The translations under genes were made by a program, and so were the position numbers. DNA of 64,000 nucleotides from Alloascoidea hylecoeti (Eukaryota). This document shows positions 21,484 to 34,857 of this stretch, in pieces (the stretch's first letter is position 1; every line of letters starts with the position of its first letter). Under the pieces are notes generated by a model. That model worked only from the letters and a program-made list of their open reading frames with translations. It was not told the origin of the DNA and did no database searches. The stretch lies in the NCBI GenBank assembly GCA_001600815.1, contig BCKZ01000013.1:521621-585620 (forward strand), in the 5' to 3' direction.

Positions 21484-24400
21484 TTAAATGACAATGCTAA
21501 TACTATTAATTTTAGCTTGAATTCTTCTACCATAAGATGTATTTTTCAAACCATTTCCAACGGAAACACCAAATCCATTTCCTTTATCCTCACCATTTAA
21601 AATGACTTTAATTTTTAAAACTAATTCATTTTTCAAATTCATATCATGATCATAATAATCTAAAATAGTTTGAATAACATAATTTGCATATGAATCATTT
21701 AATAATTCAGCAAGGTCACCATTATGTAATATTTGATTAATAATTTCATCAGAATCATAAATTAATTGTTGTTGTGATGCTAATTTAACAGTATAAGAAT
21801 CTGGATAAAAATCTAATGATGGATAAATTGAACTTGGTTTAAAATGATTTCTACCTTCTGGTGTATCATAATGATTTAAAATTGTATTACTTGATCCTTT
21901 ACCTTCATCATCAGGTGTAATAATTTCTTTTGAAACGTTATAAGAAATTTTAATACATTTTTCAATAACATTTGATGAAAATTTTTGTTTTGATAAAGAA
22001 CAAATTTCTCCAGTTTTAACAATTTCATCAATTAAAATCTTTGAAATATAAAAATTATTAATTTGTAAGAAATATTGAATAACATAATTACCAAATGGAT
22101 CTTTAATCAAATTGAAAAAACTTGGTTCTTCATTACCAATTGAAAAACCATTGTTGTTATTAGATACACCATTTGAAGAATTGAATCCTTGTTGTAATCC
22201 TTGGGTTCCAATTGGACGAATTAATAATCCATTCCTTGGAACAATACCATTTGATTGACCACAATTAATCAAATTGTCTAAAATTTGAAATTTTTGGCGT
22301 AAGTTTGAAAAATCAATACATCTTTGTAATACACAACATCCATGTCTATGAGTAGCAATACCATAACAATTTTCACAAATTTCATCAAAAATAAATTGAC
22401 AACTAATACAATCTAAACATCTTAAACATTTTTGAATAACATGATTTCCATTTAAATCTTTGATAAGATAAACCACATTACTTTTTAATGATGAATTGAT
22501 TAATGCTTTAATTTGTCTTTCATGATGTTCAGCTTGTTTACTTTGTGGAGAAGTTTCAGTTACTTCAGCTGGTGCTGGTGATGATCCCAGTTGTTGTTGT
22601 TGAGTATCACTGTTATTATTATTGTTATTAGTAGTAGTAGTAGTATCATTATCAGTGGAGTTTGGATCATTTGGGTCATTTGGGGCAGGAGTAATATATT
22701 CAATAATCTTTTGTAAAGATCTTGTACCATGTTGATTAATAGCAATTTTAATTAAAAAATCACCAGAATTACAAATTTTTTCAATAACTGCTGTTTTTTG
22801 TTCATCACTAATATATTCAACTAATTTTTGACATAAATAATTACCAAATGGATCAATCATAAATTCTAAAATAAATGGAAATGTTTGATTAAATATAACA
22901 TCAGTTATAGTTGGATTATTTTCAGATAATTTTTTTTGTAAAAAACGACAACCATGTTGATCTTTACATAATGGATAAATATCATTAACAATATTTTCAA
23001 ATGGAACTTTTGCATATTTATTAATTTCTTGTTCATGGCGTAATTTACTTGGCTTTTTTGAATTCCGCTTATCCATTTGTTTATATTCTACATAATAATA
23101 AAATCAGTTAGTTAAAATAATCAAAAGAATGAAAATTAGGAAATTGAAAAAACTTACCACCTCCATAGGAACTTGAACCAAAATCATTACGACCTTGAGG
23201 GGACATACTTTGAAATCTTAATGATTGTAATCTTTGCATTTGTTGAAAAGATAATTGATCAACAGGACTTAATGGACCTGAACCTTGTTGTGATTGTTGA
23301 TTATTGGATTGTAATTGTTGTTCATTCCAATTCATTGGTGGAACTTGACTAATTGGAGACAAAGTACCCATATTATCATTCATTCCATTCATAATTGGAC
23401 CAGAATCAGGACCAGGACTTGAATAAAAATTATTATAGTTATATGGACTATATGGTGTAGCACCATTATAATCATAATTGAAATTATACCCCATATTCAT
23501 GTTCATATTCATATTCATTGGTGCTCCAGAATTATTCATTGATATGTTCATACCAGTATTGGACTGTTGTTGCATTTGAATTTGATTTTTATAATCATCT
23601 TGATCATATTGTTGAAAACCTTGATATGCATCAGGGGGACCCATTTGAGCTTCAAATCTTCTTTGATCCTCCAATGGAGAAGATAATTGAACAGAATGTC
23701 TTCTCGGACCAAGAGGAGAAGAAAGTTGATTTGGATCATCTAAATAGAAATTATTTTGATTAACACCCATTGAATGCTTTAAAAATTCTTGAGACGTTGC
23801 ACCAATTGAAAACCGATTGAAATTTGATGTTAAGGTATTAATAGGATCAACTTGATAACTATCATTAATAGGCATTGTAGATCTTGATGAAGAAGTTGCT
23901 CCTAAAGGACCAGCAACAGAAAAGGACCTTGTTGACTTGAAATTTCCAAATGGGAATTGTTTTTCAGATACTTGATCTAATCTTGAATTTCTCATGCTTG
24001 AAGGAACAACGGAAATGGAATTTCTTGCGGCGTTGTTTGGAATGGGGATATTTGAGTCTGGAGCCATCGCAGAAGGTAAAATTGAAGAACTTCCGGAATT
24101 TTGACCGGCTAAGATTCCTAAAGAACGACCTGTGGGATATCTTGTATTTTCTTCAGTCATTGGTGTTTGAATGGCATTAATAGAGGAATTTATAGCAGGA
24201 GAACCAGGAGAATGAAAACGATCATTTGTCATTTGTTGCTGACGAACGGGATTATTCATACCAATAGGAGCGCTGAATGAGGATCTGTAGTTATTTGAAG
24301 GGTTTCCTGGTGTGGTGGTCGTATTGATCTGGAGTTGTGGTTCACTGGACATATTCATATTTAGTCCCTTGTTATCGGATCCGCCTGCTTGATACATATC

Positions 24401-24715
24401 TGGTAAAATGTTCATATTAAAACGAGGGTCCATGATTCCTTCTGGGTGGGCTGTTAGATCAGAAACAGATGACTGAGATGAGTTGAATAAAGACATGTCG
24501 TTAAACAGCAGAGATCTATTATAGTCTTTTGTAGAGGGTTGGTTTGCCAAGGAAAGGTTAAGTGAGGAGTGTCTAGAAGAGGCACTACCACTCCTGACAC
24601 CTGCTGGGATTTGTGGGGAGATTCCTTCGTGATCCGAGGATTGGGAGAGATCTGGTGTCATGTTTGCAAAAGACTTTGGTCTTTGGTTGGAATCATTGTG
24701 TCCTCGATTATCCAT
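21484..24715 (-). CDS. Pumilio-family RNA-binding protein, Puf4/Mpt5 type; exons 24715-23158 and 23087-21484 (1053 aa)
   Basis: Eight Puf repeats (GCRFLQ, GNYLCQ, GTRSLQ, GNHVIQ, GCCVLQ, GNYVIQ, SSNVIE, ANYVIQ). A 70-nt intron joins ORFs 23108-24715 and 21484-23076 in frame (G|AA TAT AAA CAA ATG). Confidence 0.9.
23088..23157 (-). other. Spliceosomal intron of the PUF gene (70 nt, phase 1)
   Basis: GTAAGT donor, ACTAAC branch at 23106-23111, TAG acceptor. Splicing restores the frame. Confidence 0.9.
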
Positions 24716-27700
24716 TTTAAGAACAAAATTTTCAATTTCTTAATTTCTTTCTTAATTTTTCAATTTTTCAATTTCTCAATTTTTCACGGCCCTAAAATTT
24801 TTTCTGGGACAGAAGGTAAGGGGGCGTGGGACAAAAAGATTCAAGACAAAAAAATTCAATATAAATATATAAATAATAATAGAAATTTAAATGTGAATAT
24901 AAAAGCAATAGATTCGGTTATAAAAGAAGTATTTTCTTCTATTGGAGAAGAGCTGGTGACTTATTTGATGAAAATTGAAATATTAGTAAGTACAAACACA
25001 ACCACAAACAGAGTAGTAGAGGAAAGAAATAAGAGCACGAGAAAGCTCAAATAGTACGTAAAAGGCCACCGGGGAGTAAAATATAATATCAAATCAGACT
25101 CCAGGAAATAAAACCTTGTAACAGTGGCTATAATAGAACAGTTTGGTTGAACAGTTATATAATTAACAAAGACAAGCGAGGCGAGAGGAAAATCGAGGGA
25201 AGAGAATAAGAAGAAAAGAAAAAAGATTAATATCAATCAATATATATATAAATATATCGTAGGAATGAAGGTGAAATGCAACAGCTACACATACTACGCA
25301 GGCACTTTGAGGAATGAGTGTCAATTGAAAACCTCCACCAAATGCTCCGACCCGGCAACACCCGCCGATTCGCCAGTGGACTCCTGTAGTAAAGTGGCCG
25401 CCAGCGCAACCCCCCTGCCAGGCTTGCCACGCTTATCAGGTGTGCCAGGTGTGCTGGCCACTGTGGAGCCCCTATTTATGGCTGTCAATCCAGCATATCC
25501 GGGTGGAACATACAGTACTACATTCACCAGCCATAGTGTTTTGACCATATACCCAAGAAAGCTGTGGCCATAGCTGAGTCTATCAGATTTGGCATCTTTT
25601 ATCCCTAATATGAATTATCTTAACATGTACTTACTTGCTTCCTAAGCAGGCGACATTCTTATAATTATCACAACTCGCCCTATACTATGTTACATTCACA
25701 TCGATATCACTATACTACATTTATGATCTGTTGGGAAACATGCCAATGTATACAAAGCCACACCTGAAATCATTCAGTTGGAATTCAGAGAAATAAGCGT
25801 GAGTTTAAGAAAATCTAATGGTAATATACTACTATTTATAGAAGTGAAAAAAAGTGTTGATTTGATGGGGTATTTAATGTTGGTTGATTTAATAAATTTC
25901 AATTTATATTCGGTCGGTTCGTATTTCTGTTCCACATTCTAATTTTTGAGTAAATGTGCATGTTACACTAAAAAATAAAATTGAAAGATGGGCCATCCCC
26001 GATCTCGAAGATCAATTAAAACTCCAATTATACAAAGTTATAAGCCAACAATATAACATAGTATCATGTTTGGATTTTCTTTTTCTTTTTTATCTTCATT
26101 AAATGTATTTAAATTGTTGGTTATTAAAGTGTGAAATTCTCACCATTCTTGTCCCTGGAATTTAAATTTAACTTTTGCTAATGGAATTGAAACTTTTTCA
26201 TTTCCTGCAAATTTCCATTCCAGTTTCATCACCAGCCTTATGAGCCGAAATTGGAGTATTAATGCATATACTGTATATGTTAACAACTACAGTCAATTGC
26301 GAGCTTCAATATCCATCAAGAAAATAAGTGTATTGAATAGCCTTGATATTTATAGATTTCATTGTAATTGTTAAATATGAATGTCATAATTAAAGTTCAT
26401 ACGTAGAATCGATATCGATATCTCCATCATTTCATACGGATTATCGCTAAAGTGATCTGACCAATTGCAAATTCTATAACTTATAGTTATGTTATGTTAG
26501 TTAACTTGGAAAAATATACTGGCTGATCATCATAAAATTTCAGCTCGTTGCAATATGTAATTAATCCTATTCAAATAAAAGTCATGTAGCTCTAAGGACC
26601 AGCTCTTGCAATCTTAATCGTTTTGATGGTGCCATATATAGAGTTCTTTTAAATAAATTATATTTAAAAAGTTTTACTAAAGTCAATGAAAGGAAAATGA
26701 ATTAGAAAAGTAAATTATAAGACATACGTAGTACCTATTACGTACCATAGATATTCATAATAAAGTCATTAATTACTCATCCTCGAATTCACAACAATTG
26801 TGGAGAATCACTATTAATTATAATTATATCCATAATTACGAATTTAAACCTTCAGAAATCTTTGTCGCTTAATTATAATATGACATTGAACGACCCATAC
26901 ACATTTCTCCTATTGATATTTGATAAAGTGAATAGAATATTTAAAATTTCAGGGGTGAATTTTGCTAGTAACGTATAAAAGTATGAATATAGTTCTAGAT
27001 AGCAAGAGATTCTCGTAAAAACTAAGGATCTGAGTAGGATTAAAAGGATCGAGCAGTCCAAAACTGTTAATATTACATTTCAACTATGAATTGTAAAACT
27101 ATTAACAAATATAAATTATGAAAATATAGTATTAATAAAATCCACTTGATCTCGGAATTTAGATATTATAATTTTTTTTGTAAATATTGTTGTCGTGTAG
27201 GTATTCTTCTACGATTTAGCTTTTTGAGCTCAGAGTTTACTAACTCCAACCTTTAAACGTCATTTCAGGCATGCCACGATTAACTGAAAAGTGCCATGTG
27301 GGCATCATATGATACCTCTAAGTTTATAAAATAGTCAAACGTTTCTTTAATGCAAGCGCTGTACTGAAAAAGGAGGATTTATGAGGCTTAAAAATATTTG
27401 TGGGACCAACCCCAAGACGCGAAAGAGCTCTTCCTCTTTTTAGAACCACCAAATCATAACCCGCAACTAAAATGAAACGTACAAGGAATGAAAAGAAGTA
27501 TAAGGAGAAACAGAACAAGCTCATATGATCATACTCTCTGCTGTTGAAGCAACTGTCGTGTGTGAAAATTACCAAAATTTTTGGACCTGCTCGATACTTT
27601 GATCCTGCTCGAAACCTTTTCTGGTCTGAGGGTTCTTTTTTTCTTTGGCTCTCCCATTCCAAGTGGCACGCACACCTGTTCTATCGATTTTCTATACTCT

Positions 27701-29972
27701 CCCCCCTTTATTTTTTGGCTATTTTGGAGCCCGTGTACCCCGGGACTTTGGGTGTATAACGAAATATATCCAAAACCCCCATAAATACTACTAAAATAAA
27801 TTTCGCACTCTTTAATATTAAAATTCGTAAAATAGCTATAACAAAAATGTAATTTTTATAAATAATTATTCGTGAATTATAAAATATTGTTTGATCATAG
27901 AATGGACGAAGATGAATGAAATATAAGGAAAGAGACATTATTTGAGAGAGTATAACAAATTTTCGTGATTCAATCTATATGTATCTTAAGTAGAAACCAA
28001 TATATCAGATGTTGTCGATAGATATAGAACTTCAGTTCCTCAAAACCACATTTCTTACACTAATTTCCTTAAAAAAACTAAAAAGTGTTAAGTGTCATGG
28101 ACGGAAAAGAATCTCCTAAGTGTGTTTATATCATTTTAAAACTGTTATATGAATATTACAATTATTAATTAATCTTAAATTTTAATAACATCGCCATGAC
28201 CATAGAAAAGGTATGTAGTTATGAATTATATGAAGTGGTTCAAATTCATAAAATAAGGCAATTATATTTGGCCAACTATATAAATAGAGTCATGATTCGA
28301 TACCATTAATATCACTCATATATCTCCCGGTCATTCTATTCTTTCATGGACAATTGTTTTGTGTTCAGTATTCTAAATTGCCGTTCTATCTTAAATTTTT
28401 GATGTCATCAAACATGTCGGTAGTATCGCCTATTTGACGTTATAGTTATACTTAAATACTAAAAAGTTTGTTCCGTATTATTGTTGAATTAGAGTATCTA
28501 TTTCTTTACTTAAATTAAACTCATAGATATATTAAACGAGTGAACAAGTCCGGTCCTTTTCCATGAAATTAATATTTTAATCTTCAATTGAAAGTAATGG
28601 GATGAGAAATTTGAACTAAAAGAAAAACAGATTATTCGGTAATAACAGAAGAAAATGGAGTTTAACGGCGCTTAACTTTCAAATGCTATCTTAATTGTAA
28701 TAATTTCCCTATAATTAAATCACCATTGATTTACCAATATTTTTTATATTCACTAGACCTTGGTACCTTGTTGTTAACGTTACATGGTAAATTTAAAGAT
28801 TTTAAAGTTATAGCATCAGAACCCTATCAGATCGATCGGGTTAATTATGGGTTATTAAATTTTACGGTACTAACGGTAATTATAAACAAAACATTCTTTT
28901 GATCATATAAATCTTAGACTTCTTCCCCAGTATAGGATACATCGATTGGGACCCAGACAATGAAATTGAATGAATATTATACTCCTAGCTATACTATAAA
29001 TCCTAGAACTCTATGGGTTTAATATAAAAAGACAAGGAAATTGATGATTATAAGTTATAACCATTCCATTCAAAACTAATATTATTCGTCTAAATATTAG
29101 ATATCCCCCATTTTCACGTTTGAAAGCTAGCTTTCATGGTCAGAATTCAAGATCATACTACAAAATGAATATTTTTCATAACTGGTACCTGTTTTCCAGA
29201 AACAAGAATGCATTCAATGCAATCGTAAAAGTATTTTAAAAGGTTAATCTTGAATCTAATTAACCTCGTTAAACTATAATTCTTGACTCGCTCTATCTTT
29301 TCGATTACGAGTTCTCCCAGCCTATAAGAACCTCTACAATAACACTAACGATTGTAAAGTTAATAAAACGTTTTCAATTGATTTGATTATCAAATTTTAT
29401 AATATTAAATATTACTAAAATTCAACTTAAATTTCTATATAAAAGACAAATGTATTTATCATATCATATTAAGTAAGGACAAGAGGGCAAAAAAAATTAG
29501 AAAAAAAATATATAAGAGACGGTATTAAAGTCGAAGAATATCAAAAAATAATTAAGTATATAATAATATAATTTGTTTTTCTGTTTAAATTCCTTTAAAT
29601 GATAAAACAAAATATGCATCTGAAAATTTAAAATAAATAAAAAAAAAAAAGATTAAAGAGTTTTTTTTATAAAATATTAGGAAGTAATTTTCTTTCTTTT
29701 TTTTACGGTTTTTTCTATCATTAGTATCCATATCATTTATTAAACATCATCCATTTCAAAATAAAAAAATAAGATATTATTATTAAGTATTATTCTTTCT
29801 TTGCCATCTTGTCATTGTATTATTATACCGAATTGCATCGTATTAAATTTAATTTAATAATCAAAACTTTATTAAAACTCATTAACAAACATAATTAAAA
29901 TTAGACTCAAAAACGAAAGGTATTATTATTATTATATGCGCAAAATTAACATTAACATTTAACTTTTTATTA

Positions 29973-32900
29973 TTAACCAGACTTCTCGTGTTGAGTAGAG
30001 ACTCTTTGCATTGAAACAATAAAGTCTTCCAATGTTCGTTGTGATGGTTTATCTTTCTTGGATTCTCCATGCATGAACCTATCAAAGGATTCAGAACCTT
30101 GCATAAGATAGTATAATCCACCCAAGACACAGAAAACACCGAAACTGAAAATCCAGACTCGGACAACAGCAACAATGGAAGTGTCACCAGGACAGAACCA
30201 ACCCCAAATACAGAAACATGTAGCAATAACATCAACGATGAAAACTGCACCAGCTAATTGCCATGATGGAATAGAAGACCAGAATGGACCATTAGCACGA
30301 GTAATGAAAATTAACCAATTTTCTGTAAGAGAAATTTGTAAAAACATAACACCATCTTGAGTACCAAAGTTTTGGATAATACCACCACCACGAACAAACA
30401 TAGTAGTTAAAGTGATCCAAGAACCAACAGCTAAGACAATTCCAAGAATAATAGACATACCCCATAATGTGGGTAAATTCCATTTAACAGGTTTTGGGGA
30501 GTATGGAGCATTATCATAAGCAATGGCTAAAGTAGCAACATCAGCAAAAATAGCGATAAAAACAACAAGATTAATATCCAAAGAGTTATTTAAGATAGCA
30601 ATCCATAAACCCAAAAAGATTTCCAAATGTAAAGATAAAGCGATACGATAAACAACGTAAGAGTACATTCTGTGGAAAATTTGTCTAGAAGTTTTTAATA
30701 TTAATCGGTAAAACTGATAGAGTAAAAAAGATAAAGTAAATAGTATATTAAATAGGAATAAGAAAAAGTAGAGAGTTAAATCCAATGGATTTAACTGTCT
30801 TATATATGTAACTATATAGGCTAAATAATAATAAGGAGGTGGCAATAATATTAAGGGGCTTGCTGTAGTATATGAATGACCACGTAACCCCTGCATATCT
30901 AATATGCAAGGCATGTAGTTTAATATAAATCTGAAACATATGTAGATCATTTGATGATTGATCTGCACTGCATATCGGATATGTAAGCATGAAATAAGTT
31001 AATTAAAATTGAAATAACAACATTTAAAGCATCAATAATAGCAGATAAACCAGGGGCCAAGAAAACAATATCGGCAGCAGATCTAGCAGCATCGGAAGCA
31101 CCTTCAACAGCAATACCAGTATCAGCTTTCTTTAAAGAAGGAGCATCGTTAACACCATCACCAGTCATAGCAACCAAGTAACCACGTTGTTGTAAGATTT
31201 CAACGACATTATATTTATGTTGTGGGAAAACTTCAGCAAAACCATCAGCAGCTTCAACGAAATCATAAACTTCAGAACCGGGCATATCACCAGCACCACC
31301 AAGACCAAGACGTTCAGCATTATAAATGTTAGTACCGAGACCTAATTGACGAGAAGTTTCTTTAGCAATACCAACAGCATCACCAGTTAACATCTTAACA
31401 GATAAACCTAAATCTCTAGCTTCGTGGACAGTCTTTGCGGTATCATGACGAGGAGGATCCATACAAGGCATAATTCCCAAAATTTCCCAATGACCTTCAC
31501 CACGCTTTCTAGCAACACCAAGAGATCTGAAACCACGGGAAGCAAATTCAGCAACGATATTCTTATAGTTTTCCAAAACTTCTTCAGAAACTGGATGATC
31601 TTCTTCGACAGTTTTCAAAACGAAAAGAGGAGCACCTTTAACACAAACAATTCTTTCACCTTGTGGAGATTCAACAACAGCAACAACTCTCTTTGAAACA
31701 GGATCAAAAGGATGGAATTCAATAACTTTGTATTTTGGTAAAGCAGCTTTAGCACGAGGATATTGTTTCAAAGATTTTAAGAAAGCTTTATCAATAGCAT
31801 CAAGACCCTTCTTCTTTCTGGTAGCAGCTAAACAAGCAGTTAACATAAGATCATCAGGTTCAACACCTTCAACAGTGTAAGGTTCATGTAAAGATAACTT
31901 GTTCTTGGTTAAAGTACCAGTTTTATCGGAACATAAAATTTCAACACCAGCTAAAGATTCAATAGCAGATAATTTTTGAACAATAGCTTGCTTTTTGGCC
32001 AAGTAAGCAGCACCAACAGCCATAGTAGTTGTAACGACAGCTGGTAAACCGACTGGAACACCAACAATTGTAATAGCTAAAGTGTATCTTAAGATTCTGA
32101 CAATTCTGTTAGTTCTGTAGAAACTCGCAACCCAAACGACTAATAAAGTAGCAATGACCAAAACAAGTAAGATAGTACCAATACCGTTCAAAACTTCAGT
32201 GAAATGACCAGTACCAGAGGAAGCCTTGTTGACTAAAGCAGCAGCACGACCGACGAAGGTATTGTCACCAGTAGCAGTAACAACCATGAAGGCTTCACCA
32301 CGTTTAACAGTGGATGAAGAGTAAGTAGAGTCACCAGAATGTTTGTCGACAGCCAAACTTTCACCAGTAATAGCAGATTGATCAACCTGTAAAAAGCAAT
32401 CTTCAGAAACTAATCTACCATCAGCTGGGATAACGGTACCTTCTTCCAATTGTAAGATATCACCTGGAACGACTTCAGCAGCAGGGATCTCAACTAAATG
32501 ACCATCACGAATAACACTGGCTTGATGGGCCAAAGTTTTCTTCAATTCTTCAACGATACTACCAGCTTGGAATTCTTGAATAAAACCAACACCGGCATTA
32601 AGGAGTAAAAGACCACAGATAACACCAAAATCAACCCAATCTTCAAGACCAGCAGCTAAAACAGCAGCAGCTTCCATAACGAATTGAATTGGACCGACAA
32701 AAAACATACAAAACTTTAAGATGAGATTTTCAGACTCTTCATTCATTTGATTGAGACCAAACTTCTTTCTTCTTTGTTGAACTTGATCAGAACTAAGACC
32801 GACTCTTGGATCAGTTTGCAATAATTCTTCAGGGACAGGTCTAGCGGAACCACCAGCAGCTACAGATTCATTATCGAAATCATCATCACCTTGAATGGAT

Positions 32901-33001
32901 TGCAATTCTTCGACAAGAGCGTCGATGTCAGCATCCTCTTCTTCAGCAGGAGGAGCAATAAACTCCTTCGTTGGCTCTGTTGTTGGGTCGAGCGACGACA
33001 T
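29973..33001 (-). CDS. PMA1: Plasma-membrane H+-ATPase, interrupted at ...IIDAL^KTSRQ... by a 324-bp insertion plus 5-bp duplication (899 aa if removed exactly)
   Basis: [42 protein letters not shown] and C-terminal [13 protein letters not shown] at 33001. Both halves are otherwise free of stops and frameshifts. Confidence 0.93.
30699..31022 (+). mobile_element. Solo-LTR-like insertion (324 bp) inside PMA1 with 5-bp target-site duplication
   Basis: Direct repeat tttaa at 30694-30698 and 31023-31027. Termini are TATT... and ...AACAACA (TG...CA with one change). Internal TATAAAT near 30924. Size is typical of yeast LTRs. Confidence 0.75.
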
Positions 33002-33329
33002 TATGTTGAATAAACTATTATGAACTAAACCGAAAGAGTGTTGGAGAAAAAAAAAGAAGAAAAAAGCGGGAAGAGGGAGTTTTATAAGCAAAACAAAGGA
33101 ACAAACAAAGAATCTGAGATTTGGGAAAAGCAAAAAAACGCAAAACGCAAATTATTACAAAAAACGCAAAAAACGCAAAAAAGCAGGCCAGCCTTTCATT
33201 AGCCGTAAACAATCAAAGTACGGCTTGCATGCAGATGGATGCATGCTGGCTACCTCAAAAGGATTCCTCTTCCGGGGTCTTCTTCCCTCTTTCTGGGTCC
33301 AGGAGCTCGCAATTAGGGTTGTGTCTGGC

Positions 33330-33780
33330 TTTAGGGTTTCCCTTTCCAGAGGAGGGTCCTGGAAGAAGGGAGCGAGCGGGCAGAACGCGATGAGAACATG
33401 ATCATCACAAGCTGGGACGCTGGAAATCGGGCTGGAAATCGGGCTGGAAATCAGACTGGAAATCAGACTGGAAATTGAATGGGTTGCGGGAATATCGAGC
33501 TAGCGGGTCTTCTCGCGCACCGACGCCGCACCCGCATTCGCACCCGCACCCGGGCCTCCTGCGTTCGTGCATGCTTGTTATTCCTTGGCAGCTGCAGCGG
33601 TCTATTTATGTTTTGCCGCATGTGTCTTGTAGCGTCTGTTTTGTGATCTGATCTCAACGTTACAATCTGTGCTGTGCTAGCTGGGGCGGCCCTCTGATTG
33701 GCCCGTGCCGTTGCCGAGTGGGTCCCGAGACCAGCAGAATGTGTGGTCACCGCACGTGACCTCTCTCTTCGGCTCGATTA
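33330..33780. promoter_or_regulatory. GC-rich PMA1 upstream region with candidate sites
   Basis: About 5 x 12-bp CTGGAAATC(GGG/AGA) at 33420-33475, GCACCC repeats at ~33527-33551, CTTGGCA (Rim101/PacC-type) at 33584-33590 and CACGTGAC (Cbf1-type) at 33753-33760. Confidence 0.55.
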
Positions 33781-34821
33781 TAGTTGCGCACAATAAATTG
33801 TTGTAGGAATGTAGTGTTAGTGGCTACGTCATACCTACTAGCAGCACCCGACCCGATCTGCCTGTTATTTAACCGACCAACAATTCAATTATATAATTGT
33901 TGTACAATTATAATTGTCAACAACACCACTCATCCACACTTTAAACCTCCTGAATTAATTTTTCTAATTTTTCTCAGTTCTTCTTCGTTAATTGCTCTAG
34001 TTACTTCCATCCATAATTTATACTTCTTGACTGGTGATGACAATCTCCTCGCACTTTTGTCTTGCCATTCCAAGAAATTTGTGTCTTCGTGCACAACTGA
34101 AAATTTTTTACCAATTTACACAAATATCCTAATCGCAATTGAAGATCCCAAACTGAAACTCCAAACATACTTTATCCATTTTAGACATATCTATCCCACC
34201 ATCACATTGATTCCGTTACATAATTGCTATTTGATTCTTGACTGTTGAAAAGTTGAAACTTCCTCTGATTATACCTTTATATGCATAGCTTGAAGCATCT
34301 TCTCATTATAGCATTATAATTACTACCAGCATCACAGCTAGCGATAATCATGACGATTCAGACACCAAATTCAGATTGTGCAAGAACCTGCAGCTTTCAT
34401 TGATTTACGTTTGTTTCCTTATCTATGTATTCAATTTCAACATCTTAAGCTTATAGGTTTATCAAAAAAATTGCAATTTTTTGATAACGATAGTTTTGGA
34501 ATTAATATTTTCTTGATATGTTGTGATTTGTAGAATCAATTGATATTGCTCCTTAATGTTAATTGTTATCGATATCATAATCTAAACCTATAGAAATCTT
34601 AATTGATGTAAATGAAAAAAATATATTTTGATTAATTATTAAAGTTAAACTATTTTCTAGTCTGTTTGGTTTGATTTAAATAAAAGGAACCTACTTCTCC
34701 ATTAATTTTATTTTTTATCTCTTCTAAACTATATTTAAATATCTAGTATCTAATAATTAATTACTTCTTCTAAATTTTTAGTAGCGTTCTCTTGGTCAAT
34801 TGCATACTATGAAGGTACCGA

Positions 34822-34823
<2 letters not shown>

Positions 34824-34856
<33 letters not shown>
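34824..34856 (+). repeat. (CAT)n microsatellite, about 11 units
   Basis: Read directly. Confidence 0.9.

Positions 34857-34857
<1 letters not shown>

Noticed and set aside
30947..30968. Overlap of the two PMA1 ORFs suggesting programmed frameshifting or a split two-subunit pump
   Set aside because: The overlap lies inside the TSD-flanked insertion. A frameshift would add about 110 unrelated residues before M5, and no slippery site is evident.
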